A stretch of DNA of 64,000 bases from an uncultured Pseudomonadota bacterium (GCA_963770835.1 CAVYRH010000005.1:1-64000), one strand, 5' to 3'. Numbered from the stretch's first letter, positions 1 through 11,200 are shown. The notes: a model not told the origin generated them from the letters alone. Numbers and translations: made by a program.

Positions 1-2
1 CT

Positions 3-1469
3 ACCGTGACCGCTACCAACACCTCTACCTACACACCCACGGAAACCCCTACTGTGACTGCCACATTCACCCCGACAAACACGGTTACTTTGACGCCCAC
101 GGCCACCGCTACCCGCACATCCACCAATACGGCGACTCTTACCCCGACTTTCACAGCGACCTTTACAGTTACGTCCACCCCAACGACTAGCTTCGCGATC
201 AGCAAGCAAGTATCCGAGACATCAGCCCAGTCGGGGGATACGCTGGTTTACACCATCACTTTGAACTCCACGGGTTTGGCAAGTGGGGTCGTGGTCACAG
301 ATACGCTGCCTGCACAGGTCAACTTCGTGTCTTTTGGAGCGCCACCCGCGGGGGCAGTAACGGCCTTTAATCCCGCGACCAGCCAGTTGAGTTGGACTTG
401 GCCATCGCCGCTTCCCGCAGGAACTTATCAATTGAGCTATGAAACCCAGATTAAAAATTTCATTCCTTGCGGGACTCTCACCAACAATGCCCAACTGACC
501 GCTTTGGGGCAAAGCTCCCCGATGACAGCTAGCGTGAATGTTCAGATGATCTGTCAGTATACCGTGAAAATCGGTGTGTATAACGAGGCCGGCGAATTGG
601 TGAAAACCATTCCAATCCAGCAGTTTTCACAGCCCGTGAACAGTATTACGCTTGAATCAAGCAATGCAATTACAGCGATAAACGGCCCTGGAAGTAGTAT
701 CGGAATTTACTATCAAGGGGCCCTCATTGGGACATGGGATGGGACCAATAATTTGGGGAACCCGGCCACCAATGGGCAGTATTACATCAAAGTTGATAAT
801 ATCGACGCTGAGGGAGCGGTGCAGAGCGTAACGCAACAAGTGGTGGTCAGCCGGACGATTTATAAGACCGCCATCCTGATTTATAACGAGGCGGGGGAAG
901 TGGTAAAGCATCTGTACGCTTATGTAAGCAATCCGAACGAGAACACAGTTACAGGCGCGCAATTAAATACCAACGTGATATCGCCTTCTCCCGTTTCTGG
1001 CAACGCCGGCGGTGGAGTGCCTGCGACAGTCATCATTAGCCTAAACAATGGTGTGACAGTTTCTTGGGACGGGACGGGGGACAATGGGTCCATTGTGCAG
1101 AATGGACAATATTTAATTGAGGTTCAAGCGAATGCCCAGGATGGAGGGGAGACTGTCATCACGCAACGGGTGGAGGTTTTGGACAATAACCGTGGGACCG
1201 GGGGCCGGATCGTGGTTTTCCCCAATATTCTTTCAGGCTCACAAAAGACCCAACTGGTTTTCGAGGATAATACGGCTCCAAACCTTACCTTAATGATACG
1301 TCTCTATACCACTGCGGGTGAGCTAGTAAAAAGTTGGAGCGGCCCATCCGGAAACACCTGGTCTGTCCAAGGGCTGGCGAGTGGGCTTTATTTAGCGGTC
1401 GTGGATTCCCAGAATTCCACCGGGGGGGTGGTAAACCACCAAATCCTTAAAATCGTGATCCTTCATTAA
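3..1469 (+). CDS. 5'-truncated secreted modular protein: Thr/Pro linker, DUF11-like domain, two FlgD-Ig-like modules, C-terminal T9SS-like sorting domain
   Basis: Frame is open from the window edge. T/P repeats; ISKQVS...GDTLVYTITL...VVVTDTLPAQVNFVS (DUF11 pattern); repeated YNEAGE(L/V)VK...WDG...NGQY; ends LASGLYLAVV...LKIVILH. Confidence 0.8.
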   Translation, partial: TVTATNTSTYTPTETPTVTATFTPTNTVTLTPTATATRTSTNTATLTPTFTATFTVTSTPTTSFAISKQVSETSAQSGDTLVYTITLNSTGLASGVVVTDTLPAQVNFVSFGAPPAGAVTAFNPATSQLSWTWPSPLPAGTYQLSYETQIKNFIPCGTLTNNAQLTALGQSSPMTASVNVQMICQYTVKIGVYNEAGELVKTIPIQQFSQPVNSITLESSNAITAINGPGSSIGIYYQGALIGTWDGTNNLGNPATNGQYYIKVDNIDAEGAVQSVTQQVVVSRTIYKTAILIYNEAGEVVKHLYAYVSNPNENTVTGAQLNTNVISPSPVSGNAGGGVPATVIISLNNGVTVSWDGTGDNGSIVQNGQYLIEVQANAQDGGETVITQRVEVLDNNRGTGGRIVVFPNILSGSQKTQLVFEDNTAPNLTLMIRLYTTAGELVKSWSGPSGNTWSVQGLASGLYLAVVDSQNSTGGVVNHQILKIVILH

Positions 1470-1791
1470 AAAAATCCCCAATCGGAAAACCCTCCGTCTT
1501 TGATTTGGCAAATGATTTTGTTGTAGGGCTTTTTTCGACCTCGATGGGCACCAAAAACCGAAGTCAATGAAATGTCGAATTCCTAACCTTCCAGTGTTAA
1601 AATTTTCTACAAGTAAGCTTTTTTATTAAAGGTCCCCAAATCTATTTGTTTTAGCCTGCCAGCTATTACCTGCGAAATAAGGAAATTCATTAAATTGTTC
1701 TCAGCTTTTATTGTGCCAAGAGGGCACAGTAATTGCTGCTTTAGGTAAATTGAGAAATAGATTTTATCCTTTCCCTTGGTTGCGAGGATCA

Positions 1792-3712
1792 ATGTTTAAA
1801 AACGACGACGGCCTAAACAATATTTTTTTTCAAAAGTATTATTCCTATCTGACAGGGATCTTGTGTTTTTGGTTTTTTTCAATGGCCCAAGTTCAAGCCT
1901 ATCCTTACGGCGTTGTGCCATCCGGTACCAGTACGACCGACGCTACCAACGCTTACAGTAGTTTCAAATCGACCTATTTCGCCACGGATTGCTCCGGTTA
2001 CGAGATTCGAGTCCGCAACAACCCTGGAAGCAACACAACGGTTTCCGAAGGCATGGGTTATGGCATGCTAATGGCCGTCTACTTAGAATCCAATTCCACG
2101 GGCGTTTCGGTGGTTCAGGGTTTGTTGAATTTCGTCAATGCAAACCTGGATTCCCGGGGGCTGATGAATTGGGAGGTGACCTGCTCGGGGCCAGCGGAAC
2201 AAATAGTGCCACGGATGGTGACTTGGACATCGCCTTCGGCCTTATTGCGGCGGAATACCGCTGGCCGGGAAACGGCTTCGGGAGCGCGGCTACTATCTTC
2301 ATCGGCAAAATCCTGAGCTATGACACCGACAGTTTTGGGGTCGGTCCCGGCGACGCGCCCGGATTCACCAGTTGCAGCGGATACACTTACCCGAGCTATT
2401 TCACCCCCAGCTATTTCACCGCGTTCCAATGTTTCACGGGCGTTTCCGCGTGGGCCACTGTGAAAACCAATGCCTATAACCAATTGGCTTATTGGTACAG
2501 TAACTATGCCCTGCCCCCTGAGCAAATTAACATGTCCGGCGGCACATGGAACAGCGGCGATTACCAATCAATTCCTGCCGGGTTCCCTGGAGGATTTCAT
2601 TGGATTACCTTTGGAATGGAACCACCACGGCTCAAAACCAATGCCAGAAAATCGCGAATAATTTTGAGGCTCGGGATCCCTCGCCTTCCTCGATTGGCGA
2701 CGATTACAGCTACACCACCGGCGCCCAAACCTCCAATAATCACAATGCGGCTTTTGAGGGGCCGGCGGGGGATGGCGCTATGGTGAATTCCGCTAACCAA
2801 AGCTGGCTTAACAGCGAATACGCGGACCTGAAGGGTCTCGCCATGGGCTCCCAATATTACGGGGATGCCCATAAGGTTCTGGCACTCATGGTTCAAAACG
2901 GGATTTTCACAGATCCCTGTGCCACCGGGCCGACTCCAACACCCTCCAATACGGGGACTCCGACTCCCTCTTCTACTCCGACCAACACTCCTACCCCCAC
3001 CAATACTTCTACTTTGACAGGAACTCCCACCCTCACAGCAACGAAGACAGCCACCGCTACAGCCACGGCTACTTTCACATATACGCTGACTTACACACCC
3101 ACTAGCACTACTACGCAGACTCCTGGACCCACCATTACTTTGACCCCGACCTATACCTTTACAGGACAACCAACCGACACACCGACCAATACCCCAACGT
3201 TTACTCCAACATGGACGGTGACTTCTACCCCAACGGATACCTATACCGGGCAACCCACGAACACGACCATAAACAGTCCAACAGCCACACCAAATTCTAC
3301 TCTCACCTTGACTCCCACGGCGATTTTTACATCCACTTTAACGAACATATCCCAATGGACTTCCACATTTACCGTCACCGCAACCCTACCTCAAGTCCCA
3401 GCCACTTCCACCCCGACAGTGGGAACTGTTATCGTGATCTCGCCGCCTTATCCCAACCCCAACTATGGGTCGACGGTGGCAGTGGATGTTTCGGGAATGG
3501 GGTTGTCGGTCATCAAATGGGATGGTTTCACTGCGGCATTTCGAAAAATAAAAACCCGGTCAGTTCCGGCATCCACTTTCAACCATCTTGTTTGGGACTT
3601 GATGGATGTGGAAGGATCCCCTATTTCCGACGGCATTTATTATTTCTGGGTTGAGGCTGACGGCGTCAACGGCAAGACGGTCGTCATCAAAAAGGTCCTT
3701 GTCCTTCGCTAA
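1792..3712 (+). pseudogene. GH8 glycoside hydrolase + T/P stalk + C-terminal sorting domain, split by two -1 frameshifts (pseudogene or sequencing error)
   Basis: GH8 motifs lie consecutively in three frames: TVSEGMGYGML...GLMNW (ORF 1711), ATDGDLDIAFGL...PSYFTPSYF (ORF 1989), NSCRVPWR...GPAG (ORF 2546). Collinear with the intact paralog at 12247. Breaks near 2187-2190 and 2568. Confidence 0.85.
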
Positions 3713-3845
3713 AAAATGGTTTTTACTTTTTAACTGGTTTTCCTGCCGATAGAGCCACCCCTCTTTTGTCCTCCCCATCCGCCTATTGAATCCGTTATGA
3801 TAGTTTCGCGCCCAGTACCACCATTCCACACTAAGGGAGAATCCG

Positions 3846-4325
3846 ATGGTCATTCGCCGAGAATCTACCCGTTCCAATTTTCTAAAGGAAGTAAATCTTT
3901 TTGAGGGCTTGGATAACAAGATCATTAACCAAATTTTCCGCTTGGGGTTGGTCCAGAACTTCAAGAAGGGCGACCTGATTATCCGTGAAGGGTTACACGG
4001 CGGCAACCTCCACATCCTTATTAACGGGAAGGCGGAAGTTGTAAAGGGAGGTTTAAAGGGCAAGGGAAGGGGCCAGCAGCTTGCCAAACTCCAACGGGGC
4101 TCGGTATTTGGGGAAATGAGCGTGTTCGATGGGGCTCCCTACTCCGCATCGGTAAGGGCGCTGGAGGATTGCGACATCCACATCATCCGCGGGTCTGATT
4201 TTGAGAACTTCCTCAAGGGCAATTCCCAGGCCGCTTACGCCATTTTCCGTACTCTCATTAGTTCCATTTCCAACCGCTTGCGGCGCACCAACCTGGCCCT
4301 TTCGGTCCTGGAAAACAATCGATAA
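3846..4325 (+). CDS. Stand-alone cyclic-nucleotide-binding domain protein
   Basis: LF.GL...IIREG...G.A.V...FGEMSVFDGAPYSASVRA cNMP-binding pattern; no C-terminal HTH. Confidence 0.85.
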   Translation: MVIRRESTRSNFLKEVNLFEGLDNKIINQIFRLGLVQNFKKGDLIIREGLHGGNLHILINGKAEVVKGGLKGKGRGQQLAKLQRGSVFGEMSVFDGAPYSASVRALEDCDIHIIRGSDFENFLKGNSQAAYAIFRTLISSISNRLRRTNLALSVLENNR

Positions 4326-4402
4326 ATAAAACCAAATCACGCGCCTTTGGGCAAGGTTTGGCCTCTCGAAAAGAGAGTTTTAAGTTTTACCGGAGAGAAA
4401 TT

Positions 4403-4924
4403 TTGACTTGGTCCCTGAAAACCTCCATCGGCGACTTGACCATTCGGCAGGCGGAAGATGGCGACAAGTCGCTCATCATCCATATCAAGCAGGACGCAGC
4501 TAGTTGGTTGGAAAACAAGGGAATCCATCAATGGGCCGGCATCCTTATGGCGCCGGGCGAGGACATGGTTTACAAACGGGTTCACGAGGGCGAGGTCTAT
4601 TTGGCCTTCAAAGGAGCCCAGGCCGTCGGCACCATTTCCATCCTCTGGGAGGACCCCATCAGCTGGGGAGAAAAGGGCTTGGACGGCAAGGCCGGTTATA
4701 TGCACGGTATCGCCATCCTGCGGCAGTACGCAGGCCAAGGAGTTGGCCGCGACATCCTTCATTGGGCCATGGATTACATCAAGAGCAAGGGCAAAATCGC
4801 CCGGTTGGATTGCATGGCCGAAAACCCCCGAATTAACGAGTATTACAAAAACCTTCACTTTAACTATGTGGGATTAAAAGTACTTTCCACGGGTTTTAAG
4901 GTCAGTTTGTATGAAAAAAGTTGA
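4403..4924 (+). CDS. GNAT family N-acetyltransferase
   Basis: Motif A YMHGIAILRQYAGQGVGRDIL; RLDC...N.RINEYY...F. TTG start chosen 6 nt after GGAGA. Confidence 0.85.
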   Translation: MTWSLKTSIGDLTIRQAEDGDKSLIIHIKQDAASWLENKGIHQWAGILMAPGEDMVYKRVHEGEVYLAFKGAQAVGTISILWEDPISWGEKGLDGKAGYMHGIAILRQYAGQGVGRDILHWAMDYIKSKGKIARLDCMAENPRINEYYKNLHFNYVGLKVLSTGFKVSLYEKS

Positions 4925-4936
4925 TGGTTCTCTTTA

Positions 4937-5179
4937 GTGGGACCGAAAAATTCCGAATTCCTTCAGGGGGTCGGCGTGAAGATATCAAAAAAAGAAGCTT
5001 ATGATCTTTTGGAGGAACTTTTGAAGGCCGAAACGAAACTATTAAAGTGGCGTCAAAGCGGGGTCGGTATCGTTATGACGAAGGAAACGTATAAAGCTTT
5101 AAGCGAGGCAGATCACCCCAAAAAGGACTACATTTTGCAAGGCGTTTTGGTTGAGAGACGCGGGAAACTTCGATTTTAA
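4937..5179 (+). CDS. Small hypothetical protein
   Basis: 80-aa ORF directly after the GNAT gene, plausible composition; no motif recognised. Confidence 0.5.
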   Translation: MGPKNSEFLQGVGVKISKKEAYDLLEELLKAETKLLKWRQSGVGIVMTKETYKALSEADHPKKDYILQGVLVERRGKLRF

Positions 5180-5191
5180 TCGCTTCCGCTG

Positions 5192-7471
5192 TTAATGGAC
5201 CATGAGGACTCTTTTAATTTTCCGGTCGAAAGGCTCAATCAGGTAGAGGATGTAGACCCCGCTGGCACAGGTATCCCCGTATTTGTTCTTCCCATCCCAC
5301 ACATAAGATTCGCTCACAGGTTCGTTTAAGGTCTTTGAGGATAAGGTTTTAATGTGTTCTCCAGCGGAATTGTAGATCCTCATGCTGTAGTCCCCGGGGA
5401 ACTTTGTGTATTCGACGAAGATGGAGACTGAATCCGTGGCGGGATTGAAGACGTTCCTATCCACGTTAAAGATGTCGATGTTGGGGATGGTGGCGGTGGG
5501 CGTTTGTGTAATGGTGGCGGTTAAGGTGACGGTGGGAGTATTCGTAATGGTAGATGTGGGTGTGGCTGTTTGGGATTTGGTCGGGGTGCCGGTCTGGGTG
5601 GAAGTGGCGGTGAAGGTCGGTGTCGAGGTGGGTGTGGCCGTGGCGGTGTTGGTGGCGGTGAACTGCGGGGTGGCCGTGGGGGTGGTGGTGGGAGTATTTG
5701 TGATACAACCAGAAATCAACGTTGTCACCGAATTGGAAGTAACAGGCGCTGGGCCGGAGGAGGAGGAAATCACTGCCGCGTTGGTGATGGGGTTTCCACA
5801 GGCGCCCGCGATTCCGTACCAGCTCACCGCCGAGGAAGCCCCGCAGGTGGAACCCACACTCCAGTTGACTGCGCCGCCCACCGTGGCTCCACCGTTGAAA
5901 GCGCCCCCATAGGTAACGTTGGGGGGTACGTTGTCGTTGACCACCGGGTTTGTGGCGCCGACGACGGTGAAGACCTTCAAGTTGTCGAAAGCATCGGATC
6001 CCTCGTTGGCCTGGAAAGACACCCAGCCTGGGGTAGTAGGAACGCTCAACCCAGTGTTGATGTCCCAGCCTCCCGGTTCGAGGGTTCCCCGGGGCCAAAC
6101 CTTCATTAGAACTTGCCCGTTGCAAACCTGTATCCGCATTGTGTACCAAACCCCGACTTGGATATTCAACCCATGAGGCGGCGACGCGAAGGCGATGTTG
6201 CCTCCGCCTACGTCGAAGCCCAAGGCGTCATTGCTGGGACCGTTTCCGCCCCCTTTGGGTCCCGAAATACGGGCCTGGTAAACCGTGGGAGCGGGCGTAC
6301 CGGTATTGTTGCTGGTGTTAAAATTAAAAACTGCGTCCTGGTTTGCGGCGGATCCGATTTCGATATCCACTACGTACATGGCGTTGAGGATAGGCGCCAT
6401 GGTTGCGTCAATCAAATAGGGATAACCAACACCATTAGCGGTTTGTTCCAGGTAACCTGGCGTGGCATCCCATGAGCCGCCACCAGTGGAAACCCAGTTG
6501 GCTGGGATAAGCCCATTGTCAAAATTCTCAAACTCGGTCAGGTCGGTGCCGGTGTTGGTGTAATTAAGGGTGTAGGTGATTGGCCCTCCGGCGGTGACGG
6601 TGGAGGAGGAAGCGCTCTTGAAAATGGTCAAGCCGGGCTCGGAAACGGTCACCAGCGCACCAGGGTTCGTAACGGAATTAACACCTGCTCCCACGCTAGT
6701 GCCCGTGGCCGTGTTGGAGATGACTTGCCCCGCTGTCACAGGTCCGGTGAGTTGGGCCATGAAGGAAACGAATCCCACTTTTGGGGTGGAAATGGCCCCT
6801 ACGTTCCAGGTGATGTTTTGGCTCGATTGGACCCCGCCGTCATAAACGTTCACGATGGTGAAGTTACCGTCCACAGTGTCCGCAATCGTGAAATCGGGGA
6901 TATTGCCCGCGTTATAATTAATAGTGAACAGAACGCTGGTGCCCGCGTTGGCCGTGGTTCCTTCCGCCACTTTGGTCAGGTTAATGTAGGGCGGCGGTAG
7001 GGGGACTGAGAAAGCGACGAAGCCTTGGGCATCCACCGCGATACTGGCGGTGATGGCAAGGCCCGCGTCTTCGCGCATGGCGATAATAACGTTATAGGAG
7101 GTGCCGGGAGTGATATTGGAGGGAATCGCGATGGTTGTATTTACCGTGTGGGTTCCAGGGGAAAAGGGCCCACTAAGAGCGCATCCATTATTCACCGCGC
7201 TGGTGGGGACACAGCCGTCACCCACGACAATGAATTGATTGGCCGTTCCAGAGGTTTGAACAGTGGTCGCGCTACTGACGAGAATCGCATAGTTAAGGTT
7301 GCCGGGGGTATCACTGACGTTGTACTGCCAGGAAATGTTGACGGTTTGCCCCGGCGAGGCCGTTGTGGGGGAAATGGTCACATTAGTGACCGAGTTGACG
7401 GACCCAGCCCAAACCGAACCAGCGTTTAGGAGAAGGAGAATTGCCGGGATGTAAATAGTTCGTAGCTTCAA
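5192..7471 (-). CDS. Secreted DUF11-repeat/lectin-like protein with T/P linker and C-terminal FlgD-Ig/T9SS-like domain
   Basis: AAGGAG RBS 6 nt before TTG 7471; signal peptide ending VWA; LTKVA...VLFTINY and IFKSAS...PITYTLNY DUF11 patterns; beta-sandwich insert (WYTMRIQV...MKVWP); ends WDGKN..G..CASGVY...KIKRVLMVH. Confidence 0.8.
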   Translation of the reverse strand: MKLRTIYIPAILLLLNAGSVWAGSVNSVTNVTISPTTASPGQTVNISWQYNVSDTPGNLNYAILVSSATTVQTSGTANQFIVVGDGCVPTSAVNNGCALSGPFSPGTHTVNTTIAIPSNITPGTSYNVIIAMREDAGLAITASIAVDAQGFVAFSVPLPPPYINLTKVAEGTTANAGTSVLFTINYNAGNIPDFTIADTVDGNFTIVNVYDGGVQSSQNITWNVGAISTPKVGFVSFMAQLTGPVTAGQVISNTATGTSVGAGVNSVTNPGALVTVSEPGLTIFKSASSSTVTAGGPITYTLNYTNTGTDLTEFENFDNGLIPANWVSTGGGSWDATPGYLEQTANGVGYPYLIDATMAPILNAMYVVDIEIGSAANQDAVFNFNTSNNTGTPAPTVYQARISGPKGGGNGPSNDALGFDVGGGNIAFASPPHGLNIQVGVWYTMRIQVCNGQVLMKVWPRGTLEPGGWDINTGLSVPTTPGWVSFQANEGSDAFDNLKVFTVVGATNPVVNDNVPPNVTYGGAFNGGATVGGAVNWSVGSTCGASSAVSWYGIAGACGNPITNAAVISSSSGPAPVTSNSVTTLISGCITNTPTTTPTATPQFTATNTATATPTSTPTFTATSTQTGTPTKSQTATPTSTITNTPTVTLTATITQTPTATIPNIDIFNVDRNVFNPATDSVSIFVEYTKFPGDYSMRIYNSAGEHIKTLSSKTLNEPVSESYVWDGKNKYGDTCASGVYILYLIEPFDRKIKRVLMVH

Positions 7472-7795
7472 ACTAAACTCCTTGTTTAACAATTAAAGGT
7501 TAAAAACGTTTTAAATTCCCCCCAAAATTCCTACAAATTGTTAATTAACTGAACCACTTGGAAATTATACCATTTGCAACGTTCTGACTATTAGGATTTG
7601 AAGGAAGTGTTATCCTCAAGTAAAGTCCTGAGTTTGACTCAAAAACCAATGAGAAAAGCATTAAATACAAAGTCTTTGCGTCACCGCTGTAAAGATGATT
7701 TTCAAGAGGGAACGAGGAACCCCGGTAAGAACCATCTGTGCTACAAGAACAGCCAAATTGCTTGGCCTTTTTTATTCACAACCTATAATGCCGCC

Positions 7796-7975
7796 ATGCC
7801 TAACGCCTCTTTCCAACTTCGCGACATGTTAATCCACAAAAAAATTCAAACTGTGGGGATGATTGTCTTCGTGGACGCCAAACGCCAACGATACCGGGTC
7901 TGCGTGGATGAGGATATGCCTTTGGAAGACTGGGGCTTCCACGAGGTCGAGTTGTACCAGAAAAATTCTGCTTAG
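7796..7975 (+). CDS. Small hypothetical protein (59 aa, possibly an SH3/KOW-like beta fold)
   Basis: ATG 6 nt after TATAAT (7784-7789); FQLRDMLIHKK...GMIV.V...YRV...W...EVELY pattern. The upstream part of the track ORF looks non-coding. Confidence 0.55.
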   Translation: MPNASFQLRDMLIHKKIQTVGMIVFVDAKRQRYRVCVDEDMPLEDWGFHEVELYQKNSA

Positions 7976-8058
7976 CAGGTTCCAGAAAAATCCAATCTTC
8001 GTTTAAAATTTTGGGTTTGTGAAATTTTCCGTAAGATAAAAAAATATAGTTACTATTT

Positions 8059-8074
8059 TGTGAGACAAATCAGA
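8059..8074. promoter_or_regulatory. CRP/FNR-family-like operator TGTGA-N6-TCAGA upstream of the GH116-GH8 operon
   Basis: 9/10 match to the TGTGA-N6-TCACA core, in an AT-rich intergenic region. Confidence 0.4.
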
Positions 8075-8224
8075 TTCGTTCACACGTGAAACTCTTAAAG
8101 TTGAATTCTCAAAAAATCAAAGATACATTCCGAGAATTTCAAGCAATTTACTGGTTCTTTTTGTTTTGTGGTACATTTGTAAAATAATTGAAATTTGTTT
8201 CAACTTTCGAGCACAGGCTTTGAA

Positions 8225-11200
8225 GTGACCTTCAAAAAAACCGCACTCCCAACACGCACTCAAGCCTTGAATTGTTTTTTGGTTTCTTTTCTTTTGTGCG
8301 TTTATTTGGCCGCTTCACCCGTAAGAGCAACGACGAATATTCCTACCCAGGCCTGGAGCCGGGATATCAACGCGGGCGGCTATATTGACGGCGCACCGGT
8401 TGGAGGCTTTGGCGCTGGCACGCTTACCTGGGACTTCGCCGGCGACTTTTACACGACCCGCCTGAATATCGCCTCGGCTCCCACTGGAACTTCTCCCCCT
8501 TATACCACTGATTCCAACGCCCATTTTTACCTGTACCAAAAACTGTCCGGCCAGACCGCAGTCTTTGAAAAGCTCAATGCCTCTACCTTGGGAAGCGGGG
8601 AGGCAACGTATTATTCCTTGTTCCCAAAATCCTGGGTTTCTTATTATGGAACCACTTTTCCTTGCCCCACCACCGTCACCCAGTTTTCGCCCATCATTCC
8701 GGGGGATTACACTCGAAGCAGTTATCCCGAAGGCATCTATGAGTGGGATGTAACCAACAACCAGGCGGTTTCCTGCGATTTCGCCGTAATGCTCACCTTT
8801 GACAATACTTTCGGGGGGACCAATGCGGCGGTCACCACTTCAGGCTCCAATGTGGGGCTTGTGCTGACCCGCAATACCGGTAATGCCACAACTTCCGCCC
8901 AAGGCGAATTTACCCTGGCCACCCAAGGCGGGGCGGGGGTTTCGGTCACCTACCAGTCCGCCGCTTCGGTTGCCACCCTGCAAACCGCTTTCTCCGCCGC
9001 CGGCTTTTTGAACAATACAGTGGGCACCAACACCATCGGTGGCGTCGCCTTCAAGGTTACCCTGGCGCCGGGCCAGTCGGTCAAGATCCCCGTGGTTTTG
9101 GCCTGGGATGTCCCCTTGGCCAAACCCGGGACGGGCGCTTCCTGGTGGCGGGAATACACCCGCACCTACGGCCGGACCGGCCTGGGTTCAGCCGCCATCG
9201 CCTTTGACGCCCTCACGAACTATTCCACCTGGGAATCCTCCATCGATACCTGGCAGAACAGCATCCTGACCGGCCCTTATCCAAGCTGGATGCAGCAGAT
9301 GCTGTTCAACGAGCTTTATTACTATTTCACGGGAGGCACCATGTGGGAGTCCGGCCAATACGGCACCACTTCCTATGACGCCGGACCGGACATGTTCAGC
9401 AGCCTGGAAAGCTACATTTACTCCTTTTACGGCACTTCCGACGTGCGCTTTTACGGTTCCTGGCCCCTGGCCCTTTTGTGGCCCAATATCGACAAACAGG
9501 AAGTGGAACAGTTCTGCGACAGTGTCACCTTGACAGGGGCCCAACCCCTTCCACGGCCGGCGGCCATCGGAACCTGCGCGCATGATTTCGGGAGTCTGAA
9601 CGACGTTTTCACGGCTTGGAACGACTATACCTATCGGAATTCCACCCTATGGCGGGACCTGAACTCCAAATTGGTCCTCATGGTTTACCGCGTTTGGGAA
9701 CTGGGCGGCAAAACCGACACAACCTTCCTCAATTACAGCTGGCCCGCCGTCCAGGAGGCCATGACCTCCGTGCACAACCAATGCGACGCCAATGGGTTGC
9801 CCAATATCAGCGCCACGGACGCCAACGGCGGGGCGGACTGCACCTACGACGATATGGGGTTGAACGGCGACACGGCTTATTGCGGAAGCCTGTTCCTGGC
9901 GGCCTGCGAAGCTGCCCAAGCTATGGCCACGGCCGAAGGCAACACCGCCCTAGCCAACACCTACCAATCCTGGCTGACCGCCGGGCAGACGGGCTTTGCC
10001 ACCCTTTGGAACGGGAACTATTACAATATCGATAACGGTGCCACGGATACGGCGCAAAACCGCATTATGGTAGACCAACTGGCCGGGGAATGGTATGCCA
10101 AGGCCCTGGGTCTGCCCGGTATCGTGAGCGACGCCAACGCCAACAGCGCCTGGCAAAAGGTCCACGACAACAATTGGGCCAAGTTCGATTCCGGCGCCGA
10201 CGGGGCGGTTAATTCCATGACCTCCGGCGGGGCCATCGACACCAGCTGGCCCCAGAGCCAGGAAGTCTGGGTGGGAGTAAGTTGGGGGGCTGCGGCGGGC
10301 ATGGTGCAGCAGGGCATGTTTACTCAGGGCACGGATATCGGCTATAGCCTTTACAATAGCATTTGGAATACGGGCCAATTCTGGTTCAGAACCCCGGAGG
10401 CTTGGCAGACGGGTTTGTCCAACGTCCGGGCGCCCTATTACATGAGGGCCAACGCCATTTGGGCCCTCAAGCACGCTTATGATATTGCCCCCGCACCCTG
10501 CGGCAACCAAACCTGTAGCCCCACGGCTACTTATACCGCCACCGCCACCCCCGCCTTGCCCAGCGCCTGCGCTTCGCCGGTCGTTCGGGTCAATTGTGCG
10601 GGGGGGCAATATGTCTCAGGTGGCATTACCTGGGTGGCCGACCAAGCCTATACAACGGGAAGCTGGGGTTATGTCAGCGGCGCCGCGGCCGCTTCTATCA
10701 CCAACGCCATTTCCGGGACTTCCTATCCGGGCCTTTACCAGACCGAACGCTACGGCAACCCTGTGGAGTATAAATTCACCGTCCCCAATGGTAATTATGA
10801 GGTCATTCTGCGTTTCGTGGAGCAATATTGGAACGCGGCGGGTTCCCGGATTTTCAGCGTGGCCATCAATGGTAATACGGTCATTTCCAACCTGGATATC
10901 TATTCCAAAGTGGGGAAGTATGCGGCCTACGACCAGACCTTTGTGATCCCGGTGACGGGAGGGTTGATCGACATCGTGGAAACGGCCACGGCAGACAACG
11001 CCGAAATCACGGGTATCGACATCCTCAACAATATTCCCTGTACTCCCACGGCCACCCCCACGGGGCAATTTACAGCCACATCCACCCCCACTTTCACTCT
11101 CACCAGTTCGATGACAGCCACCCCGACCCTTACGATCACCAAAACACCGACAGCCTCCCCCACCCTTACCCCCACGGCAAGCCCCAGCTTCAGTCCCACG

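Noticed and set aside
2180..2580. Programmed ribosomal frameshifting in the GH8 gene
   Set aside because: No X XXY YYZ slippery site at either break, and two successive shifts would be needed.
7627..7643. HspR HAIR-like site CTGAGT-ttg-ACTCAA
   Set aside because: The spacer is 3 nt rather than 7, and the site is far from the MerR-type gene or any chaperone gene.
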